A DNA stretch of 63,847 nt, counting the filler, from Psammoneis japonica (Eukaryota), in the NCBI GenBank assembly GCA_008632985.1. It is 5 parts of 5 records of this genome, joined end to end, with 100 filler letters (N's around TTAATTAATTAA, not from the genome) between each part and the next. Parts side by side here need not be neighbours in the genome. Positions count along the whole stretch, not along the records: positions 29,475 to 43,586 come from QPGO01000498.1; positions 43,687 to 57,648 come from QPGO01000499.1; 3 more parts are not named here. One strand, 5' to 3'. Below, piece by piece: positions 38,780 through 51,963 of the stretch. Each line of letters starts with the position of its first letter. The stretch's first letter is position 1. Made by a program: the position numbers and the translations under genes. The notes under the pieces are model-generated. The model was given only the letters and a program-made list of their open reading frames with translations. It did no database searches and was not told where the DNA came from.

Positions 38780-40222
38780 TCAACAAAACTTCCGTTCACG
38801 ACAGCCATACTCGAAATGATGTCCAATGACAAGCCATTCGTATTCACCCTTGGAAAATGTAACTTTCTTCGATATAGTCACATGCTCGATTTCGACGTAT
38901 TGCGCCAGGTCACTCACATGGTCGCCAGCGAATAGAAACACCAAACAATCTGGGGATTGCAGAAGATAAGACACACCATCAATTGAGCGACTTCGTCTCG
39001 GTATCGTACGGGAGGTTTCATTGAGAACAACAGCAGGTTCCAACGGCTCTCCTGTCTTCGAGAATACATCTGCATTATCCATGGATTTCCCGAAGCATAG
39101 AATGCCATAAAGATTTGAAACAGGATGACAGCATATGCATATGGGTTGGAGCAGCGGCGCCGCAAACACTGTTCCGTTCATCACCGTGTGCCAAGAGAGT
39201 TTCGTGTGTCCAGAGAACTGATGCATCACCGCATTTCGAATAGCCACGTTTAACTCGTTGTTCTTGATTGAGGCAACCACAGCCGAGCAATCTCGAGCCG
39301 AGGCGTTGTCTCCGCACCACTCTTCGACTGTCCTTTCAATTCCTCCGCCTTTAGTGACGATGTGAGGGATACGAGCTCTTTTCCATGTCTTCTGTAGACC
39401 ATCTTCTTTCTCGGCCTCAGTCATTGTGTTGACCAGTCGAATGTTCGTTTCTGCTGTCCCGGCGATGATCTCTTCCTGCGATAGATTTTCAAGAAACTCG
39501 CTTCTCCATGCACGGAACACCAAAAGCGTGCCGCCGTATTGGTGAAATCGCGGACCCAGATAGGACATCGGACATCGATTGTCAAGCTTGAGTATTGCTC
39601 GGGATGACATTTTACTAGGTCGTTCCTCTGCATTGACTTGCACCATTGATTCATCACAATGGTCGTTGGAGTCTAAAGGAGCTTTCTGCTCTTCCTCGGA
39701 GGACTCACCACCTACGAAAGTATCATCAGCTAAAAAATTAGCAATTGCCATTTCTTCTTCGTACTTCTTCTTCTTCTGCTCTTCGAAAGCTTCGTACTTC
39801 TTCTTCTGCTCTTCGAAAGAACTCTCAGCAAATTGCTTGTAGTAAACCAGATTGAAATCTTCTAAATCTTGTGCTTCTAACTTTCGTGCACCGTCGGCAA
39901 AGTAGTTCTTATAACGCTCGTCATTGTGAACGCTTGTGATTGTGATGCCAAGAGTTTCTGCGACGAGGCATTTGTACTTGTACACAGCGAATTGCTTGTT
40001 GAAAACTAGTTTGAAAGCGTCCTCGTCTTCGTGAAGCACACACGGTAAGGCCAAAAGCTGTTTTGATCCACGTCCCTTTTCCAGTTTTTTTTCGCCGTCG
40101 AGAAAGTGTGTCTGATATTCTTCGCTTTCCTCCAAATCGTCCTTCTTGAGGTTGAGGGCTTTAGAAGCCAGAGTTTGGTACTTTCTCTTCTGTTTTGTAC
40201 TGTAGCAAGTCATCGTCTGCAA
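38780..40222 (-). CDS. Hypothetical protein (480 aa) of unknown family
   Basis: Long ORF in TA-normal DNA, where long chance ORFs are unlikely. Tyr retained. Internal duplication FEEQKKKYE x2. Start codon uncertain. Confidence 0.55.
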   Translation of the reverse strand: MQTMTCYSTKQKRKYQTLASKALNLKKDDLEESEEYQTHFLDGEKKLEKGRGSKQLLALPCVLHEDEDAFKLVFNKQFAVYKYKCLVAETLGITITSVHNDERYKNYFADGARKLEAQDLEDFNLVYYKQFAESSFEEQKKKYEAFEEQKKKKYEEEMAIANFLADDTFVGGESSEEEQKAPLDSNDHCDESMVQVNAEERPSKMSSRAILKLDNRCPMSYLGPRFHQYGGTLLVFRAWRSEFLENLSQEEIIAGTAETNIRLVNTMTEAEKEDGLQKTWKRARIPHIVTKGGGIERTVEEWCGDNASARDCSAVVASIKNNELNVAIRNAVMHQFSGHTKLSWHTVMNGTVFAAPLLQPICICCHPVSNLYGILCFGKSMDNADVFSKTGEPLEPAVVLNETSRTIPRRSRSIDGVSYLLQSPDCLVFLFAGDHVSDLAQYVEIEHVTISKKVTFSKGEYEWLVIGHHFEYGCRERKFC

Positions 40223-40472
40223 TAATGCTCTGAATACAAAGCGCTTCCGTCTGACAGAGTGAATGAGACTCCTTGGCGGCGGTGTCGATTATCCGCTGTT
40301 GATTGTTGATACGAACCCAAGGAAGTCCGAACGTACGTTGAATCGCTAATAATGGCTTAGCGTTGGGCGCGCGCCAGCCAGGATGGATCGAAAGTGGATT
40401 AGAAAGGGACACGAAGAGGATCGCAAAAGGATCGCGAGGGACCATTGCGTTGAATTGTAGACATGAAGGGGT

Positions 40473-40962
40473 GTGAACATTGTGCTCACAAACCCAACTG
40501 GAGAACGTGTGCGTTTGACAAAGCAGGAGAGAGAACTGGAAAAGATGACATCATCTCTTGGTGACTTCAGCAACACTGGATCCTTTGGCCAGGCTTTCAA
40601 TGAAGCGCATGCTCGCGCTGGACCTGGACACACCTTTTCTTGCGGCGGTCAAATCCACACCACAAACACTGCCGATGGTGGCAATTACCAGAAGGACTTC
40701 CATGGTGCGAACCGAGATGTTGGGCATGAATGCTTTCGCTCTGTGGTCCACACGTTGAATGCAAATGTCAAGGAAATGACGGGCACCAAGGGGCTGGACG
40801 TCTTCCGTGATGAGAAGTGTCATTGCACCCCGGAACAGGACCGCCAGTGTGCCTTGCACCACAGGATTGAGGCGGACAAGAAGAAGGCCGCCGAGGACAA
40901 CAAGAAGAAGGCCGCCCCCAACCAGCTGACCCCACAAGAAAATGTTGGAGAGCCACTCAAAT
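40473..40962 (+). pseudogene. TpA-eroded ORF fragment truncated by LTR insertion
   Basis: SFGQAFNEAHARAGPGHTFSCGGQIHTTNT; the ORF runs straight into the LTR at 40963. Confidence 0.35.
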
Positions 40963-41238
40963 TGACAGAAATTGAAGGCAAATGGCAAGAATTCAAACAA
41001 CAACTCCTTGCTGCTGTCTAAATGGCAGATGAGTCTCCACTCAGAGACCATTGCAGGAGCCGAAAGACGTGCAAGTCGGCATGATTGGGCTGCTGTCATT
41101 GTTCTTGTGAGCCTTGTGGCTCGAAAGCAAACTGCATCGCACGCGAACGCGCGGAACCAAAGCACACAAAACTGTGCGCGGCAAACTAAACAGCACGCGA
41201 CACTTCGCGCGCACCCAAATCCTGCTCAAATCCTGTCA
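40963..41238 (-). repeat. 3' LTR of copia copy C (heavily TpA-mutated)
   Basis: TGACAG...CTGTCA. Aligns end to end with 62394-62666. A purine-rich tract (CTCCCC on + strand) is adjacent at 41239-41244. Confidence 0.93.
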
Positions 41239-43586
41239 CTCCCCAGTTTGCTTGAGGAGTCACAGAAACAGATTCGACTTTGGATGGAATGAAGTTCCAG
41301 AACATGAGGGGGCGGAGAAGGTCCCAGATTTGGGAGCAACCCCAATGCTTGCTGAGAATGTCAGCAGGGTTGCGGGAGCCTTCGATGAAGTGGAACTCAA
41401 GGCAACCAGAGGCAATTGCCTCACGCACACGGTGGAACGACAGTGCGGTGTGTCGTTTGTGCAACTTGGAGTGCGGGATGGTGGCACTGTCTACAACCGA
41501 CTTGTTGTCACCGAACATGCAACTGACATCACGGATCGGGACGCCAAGGCAGCGCAGGGTGATGTGCAGGTCGACAATCTGCTCAACACAAGTCCTTGCG
41601 GCAACAAATTCAGACCCGCAGGTCGCAGTCTCTACAGTGGCTTGCTTCTTAGAGAACCAATCAGTCGGGAATTTGTTGAGGAAGTGGAGCATTCCCATGA
41701 CAGAGCGTCCGGTGAGCATGCAATGGTGCAAGTTTGCATCGACGTAGTGGGTGGCAGCGACACACTTGCCAAGGGGCGGTGGAGCATCCTTCGGGATCAT
41801 CTCTTCTGCCTCGCCATGCACGGAATGCATCCATTCACAGGCCGGAGCAGGGAGATCCAAATGGTCGGGCTCTTCCATGCGAACGCGGAGAGCACCGTGT
41901 CGCATCTTGGAGAGGTGCCCACAGACGCGTTTGGCACGATCCAAGTGGCCTTGACGGGGCGCAGCTCGGAAGCTAGAGAGTGACATGACGGCCGTGGCAA
42001 TGTCAATTCGGCCAAGGGACACTGCCCATTGGAGCGAACCAACAAGAGACTGGAACTTGTGAATGCCATCGGGTCCCAGCAGTTCGGAAGTGTCCAGTTC
42101 GGGGTGGTCACCCTTCTCCAGAGGTGACAGGGCGTTGGTGGCAGGTTTCTCCCCAAACAGTCGGGTGCAGCTGTCGACCATGCGCTCGATGTACTTGCGC
42201 GGAGACAGGCACAAGGTTCCGTCAGGATCCCAGGAAAAATCGCAACCCAGATGGAACTCAATGGGTCCCGCACCCTTGAGCTTGAACTTGTGCTTTTCCG
42301 TGAGAGTGTCGACAAAAGATTGAGGGTCCTTCATGGCAATGGCGAGGTCATCCACATAAACGGCAATGCATTCACAGTGGTCGCCGTTCCTGCGCATCCA
42401 AATGTCGGGTTCGGCACGGCAGGGGAAGAAGCCTTCAGCTCGCAGGCAGTCGGCGAAGCACTTGTGCCAGCGGAGACCGGAGCTGCGCAGTCCATACAGT
42501 GCCTTGTGGATGACAAGGATGTGTCCTTCGAGTTTGCCAAATTTGGGTCCGGCCACAATGTAAAGCTTCTCCTTGGTGGTGGCTTCAAGGCAGGCATTGC
42601 CAATGTCGGTGGCCCATGTCTCTAACTCGTTGAGTTCGGCCAGGAAAATCATCAGCCGAAGGCCACGGAGGGAGACTGCTCCGGAGCAGACACTGTCGAC
42701 AGGTGCGTCTGTGAGGTGCCCATCGGCTACGAGTCGTGCCTTGTGGTGACCGTCGTGTTTCACGTCGCACACCAGGTGCACTCGGATCTTCTTGTGTCCC
42801 ACAGGAGGAGTGGAAGACTCGAAGGGCCCGCAGTCATGGAAGACCTCGTATTCGTCGAGTTGGTCCATCTTGAGATTAGTTGCGTCTCCCCATTTGCGGT
42901 TGCCGTTGCGTTCGTCTAGTGACATGGCGTGTTTGCAGTTCCGGGGAACTTCGCATCCGCACTTGTAGCGAGGTGCAGTGTGGAAGGAGCGAAGCTTGGC
43001 TTGGTTGGCCATGCGAAACAGCTTCTTTTGGCGCCTCACGATGGTGCGGAACTGCTTCCAGCCATCCGTGTCGAGGAGTCCGTTCTCTCGTGCATAGATG
43101 GTGCATGTGACGGGGTTGTCCTTGGCGATGATGGCAAGAGGCTCGGACGTGATCTCCCCACTTTCCCATTCAAGCATGATGTTGTAGCTTGAGCCTTTCC
43201 AGGTTGGGTCGTGAGGCTTCAGAGGTCCTTCGTGTGACACGATGCGTCGAAATTTCCAAACAGCAGTGTCTTCGTCTTCTTGCTCAATGTGATTCATGAT
43301 GTCATTGCAGGCAAGGACTTCCTCGTGTTCGTCGTTGTTGACAGAGCAGACGAACTTGGTGAGCTCGGGATTGCCACTCACTTTCCATTCGTGGTCTTCG
43401 ACGGCCTTGACGATGCGAGCTCTGTGGCGTTGTCCGTCCTCTTGTGGCTGCATGAGGAAGGTACGTCCAATGATGTCTTGCGGATCAAAAACTGGCATCT
43501 TGGGTGTCCTGATCTCCCCATCAGGAGAATCGACGGGGTTGTCGTCATGGTGAGATTTGATGATGGGTTCAGGTGGCTCCCCATCA
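40963..43586 (-). mobile_element. Ty1/copia (CoDi-like) copy C, 3' half (RT-RNaseH-LTR); 5' part lost in gap
   Basis: 770-aa ORF 41186-43498 with YVDD, DIGNA.LEA, YVDANL.HCMLTGRSV, KKQATVETAT.GSEF, FGDNKSVV, NPADILSKHW. Confidence 0.95.
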
Positions 43587-43686
43587 NNNNNNNNNNNNNN
43601 NNNNNNNNNNNNNNNNNNNNNNNNNNNNNNTTAATTAATTAANNNNNNNNNNNNNNNNNNNNNNNNNNNNNNNNNNNNNNNNNNNN
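43587..43686. other. Assembly gap with linker
   Basis: N44-TTAATTAATTAA-N44. Confidence 0.98.
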
Positions 43687-45487
43687 CCAAGTCCAGTGCA
43701 AAAGTCCATCGGCATTGAGATGGCTTGTCCCTGTTCCTGGCCAGGCACCAGCTTGGCATCTGCCCCCACAAAGACTGCCAAACCAATGACCCAATCAGCA
43801 CTTTGCAGCAAAGCTCTGGGCAGCAAAACATTCTTGGCATTGAGAGGAAAGTGCAGCGCAACAAAATGCTCCCAGCGCCGACAGGAAAGTCAGTGCTCAG
43901 ACCTTCGGGATGGACGGGCGGCAAAGTGAGTTACTGCCACCGGCACAGGTGTTGACTGAAGCATTGTGAGGCTCTGATGTCAGCATGCCAACATGATTTT
44001 ACAGTGGGAACACCCTCGCCCTCTGGAACAAGTTCATGGGCAGAAGGAGGACAGTGTGTTCTGTCTTCCCTTCAGTGTTCTTAAATGTGTCTTTGACGCT
44101 CACTTGTGATGTTGGTTGCTTGTTGCCATCCAAATCTGACTTGGAGTGCATCTGCAGGATTGGCTGGAATCTCCACCACAGGAACATGATGAGAGAAGTG
44201 TGCAGTGCAGTTGGCGTCTTGCTTGAGACTTTCTGAGCGTGCATGTTGTGTTGTTGTTGTTGCTGTCACTGCTGCTGTTTGATGAAGCCATGGACAAGCT
44301 TGCATTGTGTTGCCTTTGAGCGACACTCATGAGCCTGTTGCAGCTTCTCCACCTCACCAAGGACCCGTTTCCACCAACCAAATGACTGCAATCAATTGCT
44401 TGCATGAATCAAATCGTTCATGGACAAGCTGAAGCAGTCATCTGTCGTCTCGTTGCACCAACAAAAAGAGACAATCACAGCCATTTCAAGGGGTGCTTGT
44501 GAATGACCAAGGCTGTCACAACACAAAGCAGGACTTTGCTCTTTTGCACTGATCCCAGAGGATGGATGATCATTCTGATTTGACAAGCAGTGCGCATTGT
44601 GTCTGACTCTCTCCATTCGGCAAATTTCGTCTTTCAACAACTCACCTGGAAAAGCCCTTTCAATGATTCCGCCAGCACTGCAAAAAAATCCAGTGCATTC
44701 TAACTTCACTCTCTTCATCTTTTGTGCCATCTTTTGTTTTCTGTTTGCTTGGTGTCTCTCTTGATCTCCCATCACTGCTGTGCAGCGTTTCTCTCTCTCT
44801 CTCTCTCGCCTCTCAAAGGATCGCAAATCTCTCATCTCTCCACCAGTTTCTAATCAACAGCATGTGTGTCCAACTTCAACAGTGGATGTGTGTCATGCAA
44901 GTTACAGCAGAGAACATCACTCGTCACGAGAAGGTGATTGTCCAGCTTTCATCCAGTGATCGTGCCATGTCACGAGCGGCCTGTCAAGCGGGTGTTTTCT
45001 GCTGCTGCAGAAGTCGAGACGACTCACACTCTGGCGGAGCAGCCTTGGACACCTTCAAACCCACGTGGTTGTGAAATGATGATGAACGAGTTTCGTCTCA
45101 TGTGAACGCGTGAGCGTAGCCCCAGTCAAGTCTGGTTTGAATTGACCGCCATGTGCAATTGTCAATTCTTGTGCTGAAGCCGAAATGCGGGAAACAGGCA
45201 CAGACAGATTTGGGATTGTTGATCTATCTATCGCTCGCTCGATGCGTGACGCCAGGAAGGCTCATGACCTCAGAAATCTATCTTCCGCGTGCGTGTTTGG
45301 TACAAATTCTACGTGATCATCAGGAGGGTGACGCAAGCATTCAACAACATCAACAAAAATACCGACAACAACGCAACGAGAAAGGAGAGAACGACTGCTG
45401 AATGAAGCAGAATAGCGAAAGGTACAGCAGAGATAGTAGACTAGAGAATACTACTTCGTGGATCAGTTCAGCGTGTCGAGTCTCAAT

Positions 45488-46951
45488 ATGTGGAAAACCA
45501 GCGTCTTGTTAGTTTCGCTCCTGACGTACAGTCGAGTTCATGAATCGGATGCTTTTGTTGTGCCCTTCACAACTCAGCGTTCATCTTCGTCTCTGTACAT
45601 GAACAAGAAACGATCGTCCAACAAGAAAAAGACCAAGAGGACGCAGCCCAAAGGTGGTTTTGCCAGTGCCTTGAGGGACCTGCAGGTGTCTGCGTTTCGA
45701 TATGCCGGTGATGTTCGACCAGGAAAGCAAACACCGCAGCGAGTTGTGAAAGAGAAAGATATTATGAAACCCGATTATGCAATGGATGGAGTTGTAAGTG
45801 CCGCTTATGGATGTAGCTATGAGTGTTTGAGGGAGAAAACTGACATACTCTATTGTATTATTCTGCGCCTATGTTAGCCGAAAAACAAGGCGAATCTGCT
45901 GCCATGGATTATTGAAGTCAAGACACCGGACGAGATTGAAAAGATGCGCAAGGCTGGCCGTGTCGCACGAGAGGTTTTGGATATCGCTGGACGAGCAGTC
46001 AAGCCCGGTATAACTACAGATGAAATTGATGGTCTTGTGCACAAGGAAACTCTAAAGGTAAAGCGTTATTGGTTTTGTGGGTGGATGCTTGGAGCGCTAT
46101 TGTACATATACACTCACTCTTTCTTTGATTGTCTTAGCGCGGGGCTTATCCATCTCCTTTGAATTACCGCGGTTTTCCTAAATCCTGCTGTACATCCGTC
46201 AATGAAGTCATTTGCCATGGTATTCCGGACGATCGGCCCTTACAAGAGGGAGACGTTATTAATATTGATATTACGTGCTATCTCAATGGCTACCACGGAG
46301 ATTGCTCCGAAATGTTTTACGCAGGAACCGCTGAACCCGATTCAGACACGAAAAAATTGTTGCAAACCACGTATGACTGTTGGGTCAAAGCAATGGATTT
46401 TGTGAGACCTGGCAATGACTATAGGGATATCGGTGCCATTATTGAAGACCATGTGGTGGAGCGGGGGTTTGCGACGGTTCGCAACTTTTGTGGACACGGG
46501 ATTGGATCAGTCTTTCATACCAATCCAAACATTTTCCATTACAGAAATACAGAGCCACAAGGGCAAATGGCTGCGGGACACACCTTTACCATTGAACCCA
46601 TGATCTGTGAAGGATCGGGTGAGTAGAGTTGATGAGATGTGCGTTTGAATGAAGTTGCTTTCGGCTCTGGCTAACTGTTTGCCCTCCCGTGACACAGCCA
46701 AAGCATTGACATGGCCAGACGAATGGACGGCCACCACCATTGATGGGAAGCGGTCGGCACAATTTGAGCACACCCTCTTGGTCACTACGGATGGCGTGGA
46801 GGCTTTGACGGGGAAGATTGAAACATCGCCCATGCAGTTCTGGGAAAAAGAATCGACAGTACACAAGGGCTTTTGGCTTGGAACGACACCGGCAGCAAAG
46901 GAACGCGAAGCAGAATTGCTGAAAGCTTCTCAAGAAAACCGTGTATCGTAG
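45488..46951 (+). CDS. MAP1: Methionine aminopeptidase type 1, probably plastid-targeted; exons 45488-45793, 45878-46057, 46138-46618, 46698-46951
   Basis: [57 protein letters not shown]. Three GT-AG introns keep the frame. Signal peptide ends ..SDA-FVVP. Confidence 0.93.
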
Positions 46952-49249
46952 TGAGCATTAGTGTGCCATACAAGAAATGCCTCGTAGCAACGAATGGTTG
47001 CTTGGCGTCGACAGGACAACCTCGAGGCCGGCGGATGAAGACTTACTTACGAAAATCCTATAAACCTTAAGTCACTCTCGAGCTGTTGTTCAGCTGCTCC
47101 CGAAGAGTCCGTGATTCAGTTCTTTGAATGGGAGGATGCATTATCCGTTGGCAAGGATGGAGGATAGTCAGTCAACACATCATCTGCTATACGGTACAAC
47201 CTTTGAGCTATCGCTGAAGGAATGCCATGTGTCCTCACAGTCAAGCAGTCCCTGCTGGCAGCCCTGGAACTGTTTTTCTTCCTCAACTCAGTCCCTGCAG
47301 CGGCCCATCTCAATTTTCTTCCACTCTCTAGCCAGTAGAGAGAATCCTTCTCGGGGCTTCAAGTAGTGTGTTCGTTAACCGTTGGGGCACGTCAGCGCAC
47401 TATGTTCCAGATTTTTTGTCCCGGTCATTTTTTGTTGATGGCATGGACACTTCTTCCATGGGTGTTTTGCGTGAGATGAGAACCTCCATTTGACGACCAG
47501 GTCTCACAATTTCGTTACAATGCGATTCATGTTTGCGATTGACTTGCTTTTAGCACAAGAAGCCATCCCCAGCAACGCGCAGCAACTGACCCCCGGTGCG
47601 TTCTCAACGCAAATCAAATGACCGAGAAAAAATGAAACTGCAGGAAAAGTGTGGCACAGCATTGTGCATTGGTTCCAACGAATCCAGCGTTGCAGAACGA
47701 CATGAGCCAACCAAAAGAGGACACAGGAGCATCACTGTACGCTCTTGGCATGCCGCATGCTTGAGGACGACTTGTGTCTTAATTTGTGGAGCATCACGAG
47801 CTTTTGCAGGCTGTTGTCATTTTCTTCCGATGACAAAGCACAACACGGTCGGGCACTCCACACCGGCAAAAGCACACAAAGGTTGCTGTCATTCCATCAT
47901 GTTTCGTCATCCACATCCATTGCAGGAGAGCACACCACCACGTCCGAATGCACACATCAAATGATTCCTGGGTTGTTTCCAAACAAGGCGAAATGGATGG
48001 GCTGCTGACTCTGTCCTGCACCATGCTCAGTGAAGCCAACTCGATTCACGTGGCACCCATGGAGCGTGAAAACGGAGTGTGGGATGCCACACACTTTCAT
48101 GCCTTTTGCGTCTTTTCTGTGAAGGACAAGGCATGGTTGTGACACTGGAAGGTGAAAACTTGAGACTTTGCGAATTTCATCATCTGTCTCCAATTTGTTG
48201 CACCGGTGCATGCGATGGGATCTGACATGAGTGTTTCGCCGAAACTTGCACTGTGGCTCTTGCGCAAATTTGATTTCGGAGCCATGGCGCGAGAGTGTGT
48301 GGCAGTTGCACTGTCGCCGCAACCATCCTTTTGTTTGGGCAAAACGCATGTTCATTTTGGTGCATCCGGCAACATCAGCACGGTGACTGTTCTTGGTCGT
48401 TTGCCCTCGGGTTCGGAAGCCGTCGACATGACGTCACCGCAGTTGTCCTTTTTGTTTGGGCAAAACGCGTGGGCAATGTCAGCACGGTGATTCGTCGTCA
48501 TTTGCCCTCGGGTTGGAAGCCGTCGACGTCACGTTGCCCAGCTGCGTTGTTTGGAACGAGATTCTTCTGTTGTTTTGTTGAAACGATTGGCACTCAGTGC
48601 CAACCCAGAATCTTTTCCAATGCACAAAGCGAATGCTCTTCTGGGCCTCGATGACGATGCAGGCATGGGCGCTGTGGATTCTGACTTTGGGGGCGATGGC
48701 AACGACCGAAACTTTAGAGGTTTTGGCGATGACGGTGACGATGCGGGCAATGCGGGCATTCATGCCACTGATCTTTCATGACAGGCCTGTGTTGCTTTGT
48801 CGGAAGAATCGCCGGCGGCACGGGGATGACATCCGCCCACCCTGCACCTTCTGACACAAAACGAGAGGAGGTGCCTGCGAAGGGATCGCAGTGTGAACGG
48901 CAGCAAGACATGCAACAACATTTCATGCTGCAGACGCCATCATGATCACTTGTGCACGGAATTGCATGCAACCCCAATGACCCTGTCAAGCGGGACACAC
49001 GCTCTGGACAAAAAGCACAGCATCTGACAATGTCGATCGTCTCAATGCTGCCGGCGCACACATGCCGCCTCTTGCTGCTCCTGCCGACCCTCGCTTTGCC
49101 CCATCTTGAGATCCTGCATTGACACTTGATTTCAAGCATTCCTTTCATGACAAGAGATGAGAGAAACACAGCTGCATGGGCTTGCAACTCAGAAGGAAAA
49201 AGGTCCAAGGCTTCAGAAAAGGACATTTTGCTCTTGCAAGGCAGAGCAA

Positions 49250-49445
49250 CAGAAGATTTGAAATCACAAAGGGTTGTGCGAAAGCAATTTTCTCCACTGG
49301 CACACAGGCACACATGATGTGTGGTCGCATGGTCAAAAAGGACAACAGATTTGAAAATGTCAGAAAGCAATTTTCTCCGCTGGCACAAAAGCACACATGA
49401 TGTGTGGTCGAATGGTCAAAAAGGACAACAGATTTGAAAATGTCG
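49250..49445. repeat. ~84-bp tandem duplication in TA-poor DNA
   Basis: GAAAGCAATTTTCTCC.CTGGCACA...CACACATGATGTGTGGTCG.ATGGTCAAAAAGGACAACAGATTTGAAAATGTC occurs twice. Confidence 0.75.
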
Positions 49446-50379
49446 GAATGGTGGTCACTCAGAGAGAAGCTCACAAAAGACAGACAAACAACAGAAATCA
49501 AGTGTGACAACCACAATGGCAGACAAAAAGAAAATGACACCAAACATGCCAAACACAAAGAAGAAAAAACCTGACAATGCAGAACAGCAGACATGTTTGT
49601 TGCAGGCCACATGAACAACACACTTGTGCTCTGGTGTGAGAAACCCAAAAAAAAACAAAATGGCAGATCAAATTTTGACCTGGATTGAGAGGCATTTGTG
49701 ACGGCTGACCAGCGGGCCAAACCAAAATGACAAAAGCACCAAGATGCACTGCCCATGCTGTGATCCCATGTGTCAAAGTCAACAAAACAGTGCAGGCATC
49801 ATGTGCAGTTGGCTGGCTTGCACAGATCTCTGGACTCTAGACCAAGCATGACAACTGAAGACCACATGATTTGTGCCAGCACCAGATCAAACAATCTGGC
49901 CAAACTGTGGAAAAAACAGTGCCAAGCACAATGTGCAGACAATTGTGAGAAGCATGCCAGTCAACAGAAATGGGGTTTTCAGCAATGTTGGCTCATGTCA
50001 GGTTGCCTCCATGGATCCCATCACCACACCAATCATCTGCCAAGAACAGCGGGGGGAGCTGGGGCAGCCTCTTCTTGTCATCCATCATCTTTCCATCCAT
50101 CTTCTCCTTTTGCATGCTGCTCCACTGCGTGGTGACTTCTCTGAGAGCTCAGCTGCCCACAAGAGATCATCTTCTTCTGGCATGCTTGGCCTGCTGTCTT
50201 GGCTGCAAAAGCAAATGAGGTGGACTGAAGATGACAGGTGTGATGTGCTGGTGGTTGGAGGTGGCAGACACACCTGTGGACAACAACAGTTTGCAGCTCC
50301 ATGGGCTGAAAAGATGTGCCATGATGTCAAAACACCAAAAGCCACCACAGCAGCAACTTGGCAAGTGCCCCACATGCCG

Positions 50380-50760
50380 CAACTTGCTGACCATGCTGCA
50401 GCTCCTTCCGGCTTTGCATTCAAAAATTCTGGAATGTTTCAGATTTAGAGCCCTCCCAAGAATGCTGCTGAGACCTTCTCCAGAAGAACACCGGGAGAGC
50501 CTTGTCTGCAAGTCAATGAAACTCTCCAACAATGCTTTGTTTGCTGTTGGAGGAAGAGCATTTCAAGAGCAACAACTTGCTGACCATGCTGCAGCTCCTT
50601 CTGGCTCTGCGTTGAAAAATCCTGGAATGTTTCAGATTTGGAGCCCTCCAAAGAATGCTGCCAAGACCTGCTCCCAGAAGGATGTTGGGGCCTTGTCTGC
50701 AAGTCAATGAAATTTTCCAACATCTTGTTTGCTGTTGGAGGAAGAACATTTCAAGAGTGC
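50380..50760. repeat. ~190-bp tandem duplication in TA-poor DNA
   Basis: CAACTTGCTGACCATGCTGCAGCTCCTTC..GGAATGTTTCAGATTT..GCAAGTCAATGAAA..TTTGCTGTTGGAGGAAGA occurs twice. Confidence 0.75.
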
Positions 50761-51963
50761 TCTTGCAGAGCAAGCTCAGTGCAAATCCAAGTGCAAACAC
50801 AAGAAGAATCATGCAAGTGTGGCTGATGGAACAAAGCCATGTTGCTTTCAATCCTTTCTCCAACTCTTGTGCTGTGAAAAACTTTTTTGGTGCAAAGTTC
50901 TCTGCTCAAGAAATCCCAGCCCTCCTTCTTGACCTTTTAGACAGGCTCAGCTGTCCTGGACTCAGGCGCAGGATGGAAGCTGTTGTTGCAGAATGTGCAG
51001 TCACAGAAGAGAGCATGATTGACTTGTTTCACCATGTGGAGTGCAAGTGCTGTGTTGTGCTGTGCTCAAGAATGATGCTCTCAAGTGCACTGGACACAAG
51101 CTTGACCCCAATCTCCTCGAGAGGATTTGTTGACCACGGATCTGGTCATGCAACAGCTGCAGACTTTGTCTCTGTGGACAATCAAATCCTCAAGGATTTG
51201 TTGACCATGGATCTGGTCATGCAAGATGCTCAGCTTGTCAGCTGCAGACTTTGTCTCTGTGGACAATCAAATGCCAACTGTCAGCAGCATTTCCTGGAAA
51301 GTTGTGGCTTTCTGCCACAAGCAGTGCAATTTTGGCAAAGATTGGCGGTGATTTCAACCTGGCAACAGGCTGATGAGTGGCATTTGAAGCTTCGGATGTG
51401 CAGCTCTTACATTGGTCAAATGGCACTGACAAGGGCTTGACGAACACGTGCATGCGTGTTTGGGGGCGGGGGGGGGGGGGGGGGCTCCGAGGCAGGTCAA
51501 AATAACAACAAGTGTGGGAAATGCGAGCTGTTGTTACCGCAGCACGTAGATCCATCCTTTACGCACGGAACTGAAGTACCGAATGCTTCTTTTACGCCGA
51601 GTTGGCTCATAAATAGCAGCAGCAGTAGTAGTGGACATTGTAGTTGTCGTGAATTGTGACAGTAGAGTGTGCCTTAAGCTTTCAAGTACGACTTTTCCTC
51701 TCTCACATCGCCATTGCTACCGGTAGTATGTGGCAGTTAGAGAGGAAGATTTTTACAACTGGATACAGCCAACCAGTGTCATCTGCCTGTCACACGCAAC
51801 TCTGCTAAGACATGCTGTTTAAAAACATAACGCTCCTCACGACACCTGCAGAGTGATCAAACAAGGCAGCGATGACGACGCAGCACGACTCTCTCGCTAC
51901 CAATTCGACAGGACTGGTCCCACGTCAAAACACCATGCCAACTCTCAACGGGAGTAGCGCGCT

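Noticed and set aside
47398..47410. CACTATGTTCCAG at the edge of a TA-poor block, a possible CACTA terminus
   Set aside because: No matching inverted end or recognisable transposase found in 47400-51480.
51462..51484. Poly-G tract at a block boundary
   Set aside because: Single low-complexity run of unreliable length; no supporting structure.
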